From contig NC_043005.1 of assembly GCF_006345805.1 (NCBI RefSeq), positions 85,746,001 through 85,810,000 of the forward strand: 64,000 nucleotides of DNA, given 5' to 3'. The stretch comes from Octopus sinensis (Eukaryota). This document shows positions 1 through 13,338 of this stretch, in pieces; the stretch's first letter is position 1; every line of letters begins with the position of its first letter. The notes under the pieces are model-generated. The model saw only the letters and a list, made by a program, of their open reading frames with translations, searched no databases and had not been told where the DNA came from. The position numbers were made by a program, and so were the translations under genes.

Positions 1-932
1 TACCCGTTCGGGATAAGCTCTATAGGCATGGCTCGAGAAACACGGGGCCGACCTGCCCGAGATGCGGGCAGAGCGACGAAACCGCTCTGCACGCAATCGT
101 GCAGTGTCCAGCAATTTCCCACCTGTGGGCTTATGTCGAACGACTGCTGTCACGTGTGGGACGTGTCGGTTTATCAGCCGAGTCTATCGTTAATATCGTC
201 ACGCCTCCTTCCTTCAAACGGGAAGGAAGAGCTATTTTCATCATACTTGTGGCTATGGCGAAAGAATGTATCTGGTGGACGCGTCTGAAAGGATTAGAGA
301 CAAACACTTTCCTCTCTGGTCAATCTCTCATCAACTTCTTCAAGTATCACTTGAAGAAAAAAGTGAGAGTAGAGAGGCAAGTTTTGTCTAGTGAATGTTT
401 TAAAAAAAGATGGGTGAATGTAGCAAGGATGGCACGTATGAATGACGAAGCCACCTTGACTATGATTCTATGAACCGTAAAAATTAATACAGAGAGTTGC
501 TTATTTGCAAAAAAAAAAAAAAAAGAAATATAACATGTGACTTCATTGACCGAGGTTACCGTGGTCTTTTCCGTAGGCTTTTCTTTCCACGGGTAAACCT
601 CACCTGTCCCCCCCTTTACACTTCATATTGACATTTCTGTGATAACGATCCCTATTGATCAATTTTTTTTCCTCTCCCCCTTTTTTTTAAACCCCCCCTT
701 TTTTTTTTGTCCTCTTTCTCTCCTTTTACGATCCCTTTTGATCGACCCCCCCTTTTTTATTTTATTTTTATTTTATTTATTTATTTATTTATTTTTTTTT
801 TTCTTATTTTTTATTTTTTATTTTTTTTATTTTTTATTTTTTTTTTTTTTTTTTTTTTTAAACCTTCAAAAGAAAAGCTCTACCTTGTAATTTGTTCTAT
901 CTGTGTGCAGCCCTGTGTGGCTAATAAAGAAA
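1..932 (+). mobile_element. L1/Tx1-clade non-LTR retrotransposon, 3' end (ORF2 C-terminus plus 3' UTR); runs off the left edge of the window
   Basis: Frame +3 reads ...CPRCGQSDETALHAIVQC... (CCHC zinc-finger motif typical of the L1/Tx1 ORF2 C-terminus), stop at 473. A pyrimidine-rich 3' UTR ends ...GGCTAATAAAGAAA at 932 and is followed by (TATC)n. Confidence 0.85.
3..473 (+). CDS. Tx1 ORF2 C-terminal segment (partial, open from the window start)
   Basis: Uninterrupted frame PVRDKLYRHGSRNTGPTCPRCGQSDETALHAIVQCPAISHLW...LTMIL*, which extends the 99..473 track ORF upstream. Confidence 0.8.
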   Translation, partial: PVRDKLYRHGSRNTGPTCPRCGQSDETALHAIVQCPAISHLWAYVERLLSRVGRVGLSAESIVNIVTPPSFKREGRAIFIILVAMAKECIWWTRLKGLETNTFLSGQSLINFFKYHLKKKVRVERQVLSSECFKKRWVNVARMARMNDEATLTMIL

Positions 933-1376
933 CATATCTATCTATCTATCTATCTATCTATCTGCTTGTCTATCTATCTATATATATCCATATTTATACA
1001 TAACTTCTATGTATCTACGCATACTGTTGTTTCTTCTTCTCTCGCTGGTACGTCAATAACACAATGTAACATGCTTTGTTTATATGTATTTTTTAATGTT
1101 CATATATGCATTTTTTGCCACTAAATTCAAAACTCCCATTCGTGTTGACATAACACCGACAGTTATATATTTATTCTTAATTTTCTATTTGCTCGTTATA
1201 TTTGTAACTTTTCTCTACAGCACTTTGTTGGTTCACTCTATTCTAGTATTGTAAGAATAATTACACAACATTTAGTACTTTTTCATATATTGAAAGGTAT
1301 GTAGGAAGTATAATATTAGTTAGAAGAAAAAGAAGCAATAAAACTCTGCCCTGTAAATGCCTTGATAAATCTTTTC

Positions 1377-2626
1377 TTAAGATGAGAAGTGTTTTGATGA
1401 TCGAAATTTTCTGGAGTGTATACCTTCATCTCTTCTGACTAGAGACCATATATAATCTCCCATAATAGCAGTATCCCATCATCCTTGGTATTTTCTTTCC
1501 ATAGTTGCGATGTCCTGATGAAATCTTTCACCATGCTCCTCACTGACATCACCCAAGTTGAGAGTGCAAAAAATGAACCTTTAAGGACATACGACAACCC
1601 ATTTTCTTGAGGGTTTCAACAAGCTTTGCTACCAGCTGTTTGTAATTAGGATCCTTGTGATTTCCTAGAAATCCACGAACTACATCACGAAATGCACCCT
1701 AAGCTTCTTTTTCAACATTTTGTCATTGCTCTTTCCAGTTTCTTCGACTTTAACATTGCATTTACTTGGGGCCCAACAAATATGCCACCCTTGATCTTAG
1801 CCTCAGATAGCTTTGGAAACATAAGAAAAATTTCTTGAAAAGCTTCCCCTCTAAAATCTAAGGCCTTCAAAAACTGTGTTACCAATCCGAGTTTGATATG
1901 AAGTGGAGGTACTAAGATTTTTTGGAATCTACTAGTGGCTGTTTAAGAACATTTAACATTCCTAGCTGCAGTTCCACTCGTGGGGGCCAATATGCTCTCT
2001 TGTAATGATCATCATCAGCTCTGCTGTCCCATGAGCAAAGGAAACATGAATACTTTGTGTATCCCCCTTGTAAGCCAAACAAGAAGGCAAGCATCTTGAA
2101 ATCACCACAAACATCCCGCTTGAACTCAGCGTAATTTATTTTGTCGAGAGGTTCTTTGACATTATTGTAATTTTCTTTCTTCTGTATGGAGTGTGCAAGA
2201 AGCAATGAAGGATATTTATTTCCATTGTGGAGCAACACTGCTTTTAGACTTCGTGTTGAGCTATCTATGAATAGTTGCTATTCTGCAGAATCTTGCTTGA
2301 GTCCAATAGCAGTAGACAAACCAATCACATCTTTACAATAACACAGATCATTAATATTTTCATAGTAAATTTCAAATTCTTCATGTCGTTTCCGGTACAG
2401 AGATGTCTTGCAGTCTTCCCCCAGTAGATTCCATTCCTTCAACCTTGATGAAAGAAGTTCAGCTCCTGACTTAGTAAGACCCAGATCCCATATTAAATCA
2501 TATAGCTCACTTTGATTTGGAAAGTGAGGCTCCGAAGTCGTTCTTGGTACGAAAGCTTCTTCCATTTCTTGGCTACTGCTACTTGTTGACTCTTCAGATG
2601 AAATATTTTCTTTTGGTAGTGGTATT
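1377..2626 (-). pseudogene. Chapaev3 (CMC superfamily) transposase relic with stops and frameshifts, 5'-truncated
   Basis: Motifs PNQSELYDLIWDLGLTKSGAELLSSRLKEWNLL, SLKAVLLHNGNKYPS, GDFKMLAFLFGLQGGYTKYSCFLCSWDSRA, PPLHIKLGL and DVSEEHGERFHQDI occur in the order known for Chapaev3 transposases. Confidence 0.85.
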
Positions 2627-2721
2627 TAATTGTTGAACAAATCAAGTTAATGATAAATAATAAAGAACGCAAATAACTTTTAAACTTTATTTTGGGAAAA
2701 ATCTAATAGAATTGTTTGTTT

Positions 2722-3100
2722 TTATTTCCAACTTTTAATAGTATTAAAACGTTTTTCTAATTTTTCTAAAAGTAATAAATTTTCAGTAGTCATATCTTCT
2801 GCTTCAATTGAATAGCGAAGAAGATTCAAAGCTTTGCTTATATCTTTAGTTGTAGGTTTAGGTTTTGGTGCGGGTTCCTTGTCATCACTTTGTTCTAGCG
2901 GTTTTACCGAGTCAATAATTTCTTGATCAATCATCTCAGCAAAGGTTTTTTCATTATCGTCGAAGCCAATGAACTCATCTGCAGCCATCCCCAACGAAGG
3001 GTCAGTATTAAGTTTAGTAGCAGTTTGTTTAGTCAATTCAGCGAGTGGTACATTAACATCGTCATCACTGTTTTCAACTTCTCTCTGTGCTTTCGGGATT
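2722..3100 (-). pseudogene. pogo/Tigger-like transposase C-terminal fragment
   Basis: EFIGFDDNEKTFAEMIDQEIIDSV...PTTKDISKALNLLRYSIE resembles the acidic C-terminal tail of Tigger-family transposases. No DDE core is present. Confidence 0.6.
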
Positions 3101-3860
3101 TTGAGATCAAATTATGACCCAATTTTATGAGCACGGAATATCAACTTATCGGAGTTAGCACATACTAAATCGATTAAATGCTCTACTTTCCCAGTTTTGC
3201 AATTGTCTGTTAGCATGCTTAACTTGAAGGTCCTTACCCTCTAGATTTCTATAATGCACGTATGTTTATAGATGCTATTCAAGTATGACAAAATTGTTTG
3301 GGCGGTAAATTTGTTGTAATTTCGGGTTAAATCAGATGAGTTTTATGCTATTAAGCAACATATGTGTTAGATTTTGTATTGGCAGATGACGGGCATCGAG
3401 AGGTATAAAATTAGGGGAATTAAACGTTAGTTAACAACATAGACGGGAATCGGGTCTGAATAATTTTATAACGATAAGCGGGATTAGCAGGAAATTGGGG
3501 CGGTATAAGAGCGCGAATAAGTTGCGCTATTAAGGCGCAATAAGATTATACGCTATGTATAATATGCTTCTTCGATTCAACATCCGTAATATTAGGAAAA
3601 TTCTCATATTTTTAGTATTTTTTACAAATCTTTTTAGAATTTTAATATTATCTTAAAAAGATTTGTTTTGAAATTATATAATATTTTTGAACTCTTTTGA
3701 ATCTTTAATGTACCTCTGATGAGAGAAATGCGGTCAATTGCTATGGCTGGAAAAGTCACCGATTTCAAAACCCCAATTTCTCGAAACGAACGTAAGAATA
3801 TGTACACACTAATGATTCATCATAATTCATCGTATACCACCGCTCCTTGGATTCATGTAT

Positions 3861-3950
<90 letters not shown>

Positions 3951-3952
<2 letters not shown>

Positions 3953-4152
3953 GAGATGTACTTGCATAGCGAGTGACTTGATCTCAGATCGTGTGCCGGA
4001 ACGAAAACAATTGCAGCGTGGAAGGTGTTTATAAGCCATTTAAGAAACACACAAAACTGTTAGATTCACTTCAACATTTAATTTTTTTGTCAGTGAAAAG
4101 GTCGCGTGTGTTTCTTAAATGGCTTATAAACACCTTCCACGCTGCAATTGTT
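3951..4152. mobile_element. Fold-back/MITE-like element in (TA)n, probably truncated on the right
   Basis: Perfect 47-bp inverted repeat at 4006-4052 / 4106-4152, flanked by TA microsatellites. Confidence 0.7.
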
Positions 4153-4153
4153 C

Positions 4154-4185
<32 letters not shown>

Positions 4186-4199
4186 GTATAAAACAGGTT

Positions 4200-4350
4200 T
4201 ATTTCAGTTTCTACCTACGGAATCCAGTCACAGGCCTTTGGTTGACTTGAGGTGACAGTACAAAACACTTGCCGAAAGTGCCACACGATGGAAGTGAATC
4301 CGGAGACATGTGATTTAGAATCAAACTTATTACAACACAACCACTCCTCC
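4200..4350 (-). mobile_element. tRNA-derived SINE, family A (degenerate)
   Basis: Reverse complement resembles the GGAGTGGCTGTGTGGTAAG...CCTTGGGCAAGTGTCTTCTACTATAGCC...GGAAACTGAAA repeat that recurs throughout the window. Confidence 0.7.
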
Positions 4351-5224
4351 GTCTATAGATTTTTAATATCTGAAAATCTTTGATATCACCGACATCACAC
4401 GATATCAAACGATATCAAACAACAATTTTTTTTTAGATATTTTCTGTTCTGTATTTTTTTTTGTACTTCGGTGTTACTATTTATTCTTCTTTAATTGTTT
4501 GTTTTGTGTTTTAGTGAGGAAGGAAAAAGCACCATTAACCATTACACGGCCTCAGAGGTGGGTAGAATGGCTGGTGGAATGTATTTTGAAAGGGTCATGT
4601 CCTGAATCGTTTTATCAGAATAAACTCTGCTAAAAGTATTCAGAGTACCAGTTGATGATGTTAAACTCGGCAACGGATTAAGACCACCACCCAGGTAGTC
4701 TACAAAGGGATTTGAACTCAGAACTGAAGGAGCTCGGGCAAAACCCGCAAAGCATTCGTCCCAACGTTTTTGAAGTAGCATCAATACATCGCCTCAAATT
4801 TTGCAGTACCAGCAATCTACTGCTTCAGATTGGTACTTTTTCATCAACCTTCAAAAGATGAAACACAGGGTTGACCCAGGTGAGATTTGAAATCAAAGTG
4901 GAGAGGATCGGAACACATAATGCGAAGTATTGTGTCTGACGTTCTAATCACTCAACCACATTGCCACGATTTTGATCGTCTGCTTTTCATAGTTTGCCCT
5001 TTGGTCTTAAACAGTTATGATCGAAGATCATCCAGCAGCCTTTATGGATCTATAGCTTATCTACACATATGTTATTAAATGTCTTTCGCCGATTTTAACA
5101 AGATAGTGTATAACGGCAGGGATTTTGTTGTTTTCTTGCCATATAAAGGATACATATTGGCATTTCGTATACTGTCTCTTTTACACACCTACATGCTTAC
5201 ATATGTGCATATAGATATAACAGA

Positions 5225-5272
<48 letters not shown>

Positions 5273-5312
5273 GTATTTATATATATATCTGTATGTATAC
5301 ATAGATATATAC

Positions 5313-5446
<134 letters not shown>

Positions 5447-6624
5447 TGTGAATATCTATATGTATATACGTAAATATATATAGTATTAATAGTATTAATA
5501 TTATATACATATATATATATATATTATATATATCATATTATTGCTATATATATAATATATAATATATATATATATTTGTGTGTGTGTGTGTGTGTCTGCA
5601 TAATTTGTGCACGGCTCTTAATTCATGCATGTAATGTAGCTATATACGCATATGTATATGTATATGCGTGCATGCATAAATATATATATAGATATATATA
5701 TATATCCTTTTAGCCACAGGTAGAACCATATCGGTGAAACGTCCATGATTAAATACTTCACTTGCGCAATCCTCTCTTTCTTCCTCCAGCCTTAGTACAT
5801 GTTAGGATTGCACTGCGTCCACATCTCACATTCTTTATAAGATAATAAGGTTTGAATTGAAGGAGATTTGTCACTAATTCATACAATATAACGTGTATTG
5901 GCATTTCCGGCCATGGACCATCTTATGGTTCAGAATGGAAGTTTTGAAGCATTTGTCAATTATTAGTAAAGATGATTTTCAGTTTTCTGAGAGAAAGCCG
6001 ACAGCAAAATAGAACAGTATATGTGTTTATTTGTTATTATCTTTCTCGCTAGAATGCTTAACGCTTATTCCTTCATTCTCTTATTCTTTTACTTCTTTTA
6101 TCTCTAGAGCTGCGGCCAAACTGGAATATGGCAATAAATGTTACACCAGTAGCAAAATAATGTGGAACGTAATTACATACTCCCGGAGTTAAGCTAAGAA
6201 TGAAGAGCAAAATGAACAGGAAATCATTTCTGTGGTAGTTCAACCTTTTAGAAATTGCAGCCCAAACTCTCTCACTACAAAACTTTAACTCCTTTCATTC
6301 AAAATGTGAAAGGACACACTGGATAATACAGTCCAGGGACGGTTTGATCAAACACGCATTTCATTGCAAGAACAGACGTCAATAGATCTGGTGAAAAATA
6401 AGCCAGTACACAGAAATATTACTAACGATAAATGGCATAGGTGCTTCATAAGACATCTATATATATATATATATATATGATGGATTCTCCCGTCGGGAAC
6501 GACGCATGAGCATCCAGATTTTGCCAAACGACAAGCACAAATGATTTGTTTATAGTGATCAAATGTATGTGTTGTATATTAGCTTACATCCTCCATCAAA
6601 TCGACGTTCCTGAACAGGTTAACA

Positions 6625-6825
6625 CGGTGGGCAAAATACCTAGCGGTATTTCGTCTGTCTTTACGTTCTGAGTTCAAATTCCGCCGAGGTCGACTTTGCC
6701 TTTCATCTTTTCAGAGTCAATGAAATAAGAAGTAGCTGAGCACTGGGGTCGACGTAATCGACTCATCTCCATCCACGCTGACCTTGTGCCAAAATTTGAA
6801 AGCAATATTTAAGAACATGCGACCC
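6625..6825 (+). mobile_element. tRNA-derived SINE, family B (CCTTGTGCCAAAATTTGAAA tail)
   Basis: B-box-like GTTCTGAGTTCAAATTCC followed by the body GCCGAGGTCGACTTTGCCTTTCATC shared with other copies. Confidence 0.75.
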
Positions 6826-8263
6826 TATTGATTCAAACGTCGAAACAAGACTTTTGCAGATGCAGCAATTCAATGAGCAGTGTGTAAAATTTCATCACCC
6901 TTGTCATAAATACACCTGGAAATCAAGTCCCTTTCGTGAAATTTCCACAGGATCATTTGTTTATTAAAACAGTCTCTCCTGTATCACTTCTCTTTTCTTT
7001 CTTAGACAGAATAATCATCACTTCTGTCACATATTCTTTCCCCTCTTCCTCAATGAAAATGGCAATTTTGTTACAATCACTGTATCGTTGAATCTTATAT
7101 ATTCGGGCACATCTAAATACTTTCGCTGGGGGTCACAAAAGCTGTCATTCGAACATCAATAATACAAAAGATAGCGTTCCAGTTATCTATATCATATCAC
7201 GGAACTATACTGTTATATAATATAGTCAACTTCCTTTCCTGTGCTTCAAGGATTGTCTTCAATGAAGTAAAGGACATTGTTTGGAGAGACTTCAACCTCA
7301 TGAAGTTCGCAACAACACTCATAGAATCTATTTGTACATGTCCTGTATTTCGATCAGTCTCACGACTTGGATAATTTTTCCTCATAATTTAAAATGGTTG
7401 CCAATTATACGTCCATTCATACAAAGAAACATAAACAGAAATGACGTACACGTTACAGCTGCCACCCCGGAAGGCATAACCAAGCTGTTTCCATTTTTCT
7501 AGTTCGTTTTACCATTTATCGATCTTAACCCTGTCGCTTTCACATTTCGGGAAGATTTGATCTTACACAAACCTATGCATATTCACAACCATTGCATCCG
7601 CATATCACCTATTTGCTGTGGTGCTATGGCCACAAACCTCTTATAAAAACAATTTTCCTCATCTTATGCTCTCCCCAATTTCCAATTCCTCTCATCTGAT
7701 TTTTTTTTCACTCTCACAGAATCTTCAAACACATTTAATCAGTGATGATTCAATCGTTTAGTTTGTTTTTCCTTTGAAGAAAAGCCGTACTCGAGACTTC
7801 AATAACCACATCTCTCTACAAAATAATGAAACTAGTGCACAAAATTTTTTTTCTACAGACGTCAACCGTAATTATTAAAATCGTTTCGCAATTTTATTAT
7901 ATGACACAGAATTTCACTCGTACTAAGTTATCCAGAATGATAGAGAAATATTACTAATTTATCCAGACTGATAGAGAATATTAGTCAGTAATATTTACTC
8001 ACTACAAAAGTAAAAAAAAAATTCTTCCTCTCACCAATTACTCACTCCACTCGATACTTCATCATCTGTTAGTTCCCTTCTCGGGGAGATTGGGACTGAC
8101 AGGGATTCTCCTGGAAGGTTCACATGTAGGGCCCAAGGATATACCGAAAATAGTGAATGCAGTAACGTGTTGCAATGACGCATGACCTCATACCTGACCT
8201 GAACGATTATGACAGCATAGAGGACATATTGCCATACAGTGGTCAAGCTATATAAATACAGTA

Positions 8264-8578
8264 CAGTAACCACTCGCCATAAAGCGGTTCACCTGTCGCG
8301 GATCACTTATTGCGGTTCACTTATCGCGATCCACTTATCGCAGTTCCCTATCTCGGTTCACTTATCGCAGTTCAATTATCGCGGTTCACTTATCGCGGTT
8401 TAACATTTAAGCTTATGTCGATTACTCCGTGGTGTTGTTTTGCATTTATAATAAAATATATACGAATTATAAAAATAATAATAAGTATATGCAGTAGAGT
8501 GGTGTTTCTACTTCGCGGATTTTTCTCTACCGTGGCGGGGTTTGGAACGTAACACCCACGATAGTCGAGAGAGTACTG
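8264..8578. mobile_element. Tigger/pogo-type MITE
   Basis: TA|CAGTA... and ...TACTG|TA termini (TA duplication), subterminal GGAACGTAACACCCACGATAGTCGAGAGAGTACTG typical of Tigger MITEs, and an internal array of ~14-bp GGTTCACTTATCGC units. Confidence 0.7.
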
Positions 8579-9031
8579 TATATAATATTATGGTCACATA
8601 ATTGTCGTATTCATACAGTTTGTCAATATGTTGGATAACGACAGAATCATGAACGATATTCATGCAAAAATTCTTCCATGCTACCATTTACATCTTATTT
8701 TTTCTTTTTACTAATATTTAAATTCTTGTTCGTGTGAAACATTTTCGAAATTAACTTTGTCTTGATATTTCGGTTGATTAAACGTATGTAACGTATAAAT
8801 ATCACTGTAAATTTTTACATCTGAGATAATAGGTAACTAGTTTCGACTTTGTTCTATCAGATAGGGATTTTTATGTAATATTATTACCTGGTATTATTCA
8901 TAGATGTATTTTCCTCCAAGTTGTACACTCACACAGAAACAAACAGAAACACACGCACACAATCACACGCATATATATAGATATATGCATATATATATAT
9001 TTGCATACATTATATATACATATACACATGG

Positions 9032-9073
<42 letters not shown>

Positions 9074-9266
9074 CTATATATATATAGTATATATATACAT
9101 ATATATATATATATACACATATACATGCATATATATACATATGTATTTACATATATATACATATACATATACATAAATATATATATATATATATGTATAT
9201 ATATACATATATATATATATTTATGTATGTATGTATGTATGTATATGTATATATATATATATATAC

Positions 9267-10630
9267 ATCTCCGACCGGTTTCCCTTACATCAATAATCAG
9301 CAAGATGTTCGAAACCATCCTTAAGAAAAGTATGTTGCTCCACCTCCTAAACACAGCCTCGATCACTGATTCCCAACACGGCTTCGTGCCGAAGAGATCA
9401 TGCTTGACCAACTTACTAGTAATGGAAGAATTGGTGACGCGCATCCTCGATGATAGTGATGCTGTTGACATCGTTTTATTGGACTTTGCCAAAGCTTTTG
9501 ACTCGGTAAACCACCGCCTACTACTTGTCAAGCGTCAAGCATATAGTTTCCATCCGGATATTGTACGATGGGTTGGGCCTTCCTCTCAGATCGCTCCTTC
9601 CAAATTCAAGTTAATGGTTCGCGGTCCGACGTCTCCAGTGCGAGCAGTGGCGTGCCTCAAGGTTCAGTGCTTGGGCCCTTGTTGTTCTTAGTCTTCATAA
9701 ATGACTTGCCCGACGACCTCACGCACACACCCTTCTATTGCCGACGATATCAAACTGGTCGCTCCTCGCGGTAGTATAGAGGATTCTTCGTCGATCCTCC
9801 ACCAAATTTGGAAGTGGTCTAACGATTGGGACCTGTGTCTGAACGTGTCAAAGTGCTGTCATCTGCCTGTCGGCTCTACTCCTGCAACTCAACTTGATTT
9901 CGAGCCGGGTCGTCTGCTGCTGGAGAGGACCGATCAGGTAAATGACCTGGGTATCTTGGTGGGATTCCTCCTTTTCGCCTTCGGCCCAGTGCGTCCATGC
10001 TGCCAACAAAGCGCGCGGAATTCTGTTTTTGATTCGATGGTCATTCGGAATGCTCACAGCAGCCATATTCCTGCCACTCTATGTCACGCTGGTGAGACCC
10101 ATATTGGAGTATGGGATTCAAGCTTCTTCTCCTTATCTCCTCAAAGACATCAGCACCTCGAAAGAGTCCAGAGGCTGGCTACCCGCATGGTTCATGGTCT
10201 CAAAAATTTGTCCTACGAAGAAAGGCTGAGTACGCTCGACCTTTATTCTCTTGAAAAACGCCGCCCGTGGTGATCTCATTCTCGCCCACACATCATAAGC
10301 GGGAAGTGTAACCTCTCGAAAGAGCTGTTCTTCACTCCTGCTCCGAGAGCGTCGGCTGCGGGGTCATTCCGAAAAGCTCTACCTGCGACGATTTCATCTC
10401 ATCGAAGGAGAGGAGCTTTCTCCGTCCGGGTTGCGGATCCGTAGAACAAGCTGCCAGACGAGATGGTGAAGATGCCGACGACCGCTTTGTTCAAAGCCTC
10501 CCTGGACCTCAAGTGGCCTGAACTCTTTACATGAACCCACCCTGTACTTAACTCCATGTCCCCCTACATGGCCTTGCTATTTGCTTGAGCCAAATTAACT
10601 AACTAACTAACTAAACTAACTAACTAACTC
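9267..10630 (+). mobile_element. CR1-clade LINE, 5'-truncated, frameshifted RT, (CTAA)n tail
   Basis: [69 protein letters not shown] and RGHSEKL are spread over several frames. The tail (CTAA)n lies at ~10597-10629. Confidence 0.9.
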
Positions 10631-10837
10631 TATACAAGCTGTTGCGATTAAACAGGAGCGACAAATTGCAGGAGTCAATAGGAATCTTAAGTGTCCTTGA
10701 TACATTTTAATTGAAACGGTGCAAATTCTAAAACTCACCTTTAATAGTTTCTGATCAGTTGCTGGTAAAGCAAACCTGCTTTGATATATACATATTATAT
10801 ATATATATATATATTCTATATATGATATATATATATA

Positions 10838-11135
10838 TGAGGAGCACTCCCTCGGTTACGGCAATGCTCCGATCAAGGAAACAGCCTGCTTGGGTAATTA
10901 CGTACAAGTGTCTGAACACTCCACAGACACGTGTACACTTGACGCATTTCTCAGGGAGATTCAGTGTGACACAGTTTGACGAGACTGACCCTTTGAAATA
11001 CAGGTACTACTCATTTTTGTCAGCTGAGTGAACTGGAGCAACGTGAGATAATGTGTCTTGCTCAAGGACACAACGCGTCGCAGGGAATTGAACTATTGTG
11101 ACATGAATGCCCTAACCACTAAGCCACGCGCCTTC
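10838..11135 (-). mobile_element. tRNA-derived SINE, family D
   Basis: Reverse complement shows a GGCGCGTGGCTTAGTGGTTAGG head, a GTCCTTGAGCAAGACAC body and a degenerate version of the ...GTAACCGACGGAGTGC tail shared with family C. Confidence 0.75.
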
Positions 11136-11239
11136 TCACACACAGGCATATATGTAAGTATGTATATATCTATGTGCATTTATATATACATACCGACTTA
11201 AATGTATACATATATTGCACATATATAATTTATTGGTAG

Positions 11240-11620
11240 TAGAGGTGCAATGGCCCAGTGGTTAGGGCAACGGACTGACGATCGTAGGATTGCGGTTTTA
11301 ATTCCCAGGTCGGGCGTTGTGAGTGTTTTTTGAGCAAAAATGCCTAAAGCTCCACGAGGTTCCGGCCGGCAGGGGTGGTGAACGCTGCTTTAATCTTCCA
11401 CCACTACTTTCTCAAACTTTCTTCCCGTTTTTGTGTTCCTGTATATCAAAGGGCCATCCTTGTCACATTCTATATCACGCTGAATCTCCGCCGAGAACTA
11501 CGTTTGGTGTGGATGTGTCTGTGGAGCGCTCAGCCACTTGCACGTTAGTTTCACGAGCAGGTTGTTACGTTGATCGGATCAAATGGAACTCTCGTCGTCG
11601 TAACCGACGGAGTGCCACGA
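11240..11620 (+). mobile_element. tRNA-derived SINE, family C
   Basis: A-box TGGCCCAGTGG and tail GGAACTCTCGTCGTCGTAACCGACGGAGTGCC, shared with family D. Confidence 0.75.
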
Positions 11621-12209
11621 TAATCTATTGGTGGTGAAACATATTTTGATTTAGCTCTGATAGCCTGACAATATTTTAGCCCCAATCCAGAAATATTTAC
11701 ACACTTACACCCCACGCAGAGAGTGGGAGGGAGAGAGAGGGAACCTGAAAGACAGGGAGAAGAGAGAGAGAGAGAATGAGAGAGAAGGAAAGCGTGACAG
11801 AGTCAGAGAGAAAGTAGTAATGGTGAGGAAATAACTATTTTTCTAATGTTAAATTTTGCATGATGCATTACTGATTTCGCCTGAGGTATCAATTGATACA
11901 GATAATTTATTTAGCCGCATTGACTGCCATGTAAACTGTGTGCTATTGAGATAACATGGATCATTTTAATTCACAGAAGCCAATAAATCCTCGCATAGTT
12001 AACGATATCATATTTCAGATCCACAGTGTTATCTTGAAGAGTTTCTAGCCTCGTGCCCCAAAACAAGCAGGCCGAAGAAATAAATCAGAAAGATTAAGAT
12101 TGAAATCGCTATTTCATATACAGGGATTTTCGTCAATGCTTCTGCCCTAAGCCGAGACATGCATTCTCTAAATAATTCACAATCCAGTATCTACACATAA
12201 GCATACGTG

Positions 12210-12226
12210 TATAGTGTGTATATATG

Positions 12227-12268
<42 letters not shown>

Positions 12269-12644
12269 TATATATACATATATATACATATATATACATA
12301 TATATACATATATATATACATATATATATATATACATATATACATATATATATATATACATATATATACATATATATATATATACATATATATACAATAT
12401 ACATATATATATACATATATATATGTATATACACACATATATATATATATATATATTATATATATACATACATATATATATATTATATATATATATATAT
12501 ACATATATACATATATATATATACATATATATATGTATATACATTATATTATATATATATATATATATACTATATATATATATATATAATACATATAATA
12601 CATAATACATATATATATATATACATATATATATGTATATACAC

Positions 12645-12676
<32 letters not shown>

Positions 12677-12723
12677 TACATATATATATATACATATATA
12701 CATATATATATACATATATATTG

Positions 12724-12762
<39 letters not shown>

Positions 12763-12780
12763 ATGTATGTATGTGGATGT
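12210..12780. repeat. Long compound (TA)n/(TACA)n microsatellite, representative of dozens in the window
   Basis: Seen directly; it accounts for the YIYI-type ORFs in the track. Confidence 0.95.
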
Positions 12781-13295
12781 ATAGGTGTATACAGGTGCAT
12801 TATATATAATACTGTGATATGGTATTGATATGCTAGCTGTCACAGGTAAGAAAGACTCTATGCTGAATTTAAGTGAAATGGATATATAATTTAAATCAAG
12901 TTGAAGTGACAGTGGTGAATTACTCTTGACTAGCGAATTATCAGTAATCGACACACACACACACACACACACACACGTGCACTCACAGAAGTACAGACAC
13001 AAACACACGCAATTACATATCTGTACAAAAAAGTCCGTGTATACACACAGAAAATATGTCCACTGTCATAATGAACCCAATTAGCAAGAGATCGGAGTTT
13101 GACGACTTGTTTATTTTTCAGTCACGTTTCGCGTCATTGCGATCTTCAGGCACTGAACCTGAAGGTGGTAGGGGTGGGTGGTGATAAACTCAGATCATGA
13201 AACAAGCTTACAGAAATAGCTTCAATAAAAACCATACATACACACACATATATATATATACATACATACGCACACATGCCCCCATATATATGCAT

Positions 13296-13334
<39 letters not shown>

Positions 13335-13338
<4 letters not shown>

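Noticed and set aside
6830-7620. Coding-like stretches on the minus strand (e.g. EKWKQLGYAF, RFYECCCELHEVEV)
   Set aside because: Frequent stops and no recognisable motif; cannot assign to a gene or transposon family.
8294-8399. CRISPR-like array
   Set aside because: Units are ~14 bp and contiguous with no unique spacers, in eukaryotic context with no cas genes.
12133-12828. Long ORFs rich in Y/I/M/C/H, here and at many other loci
   Set aside because: They are translations of (TA)n, (TACA)n, (CA)n and (TATC)n microsatellites, open in several frames on both strands, with no coding signal.
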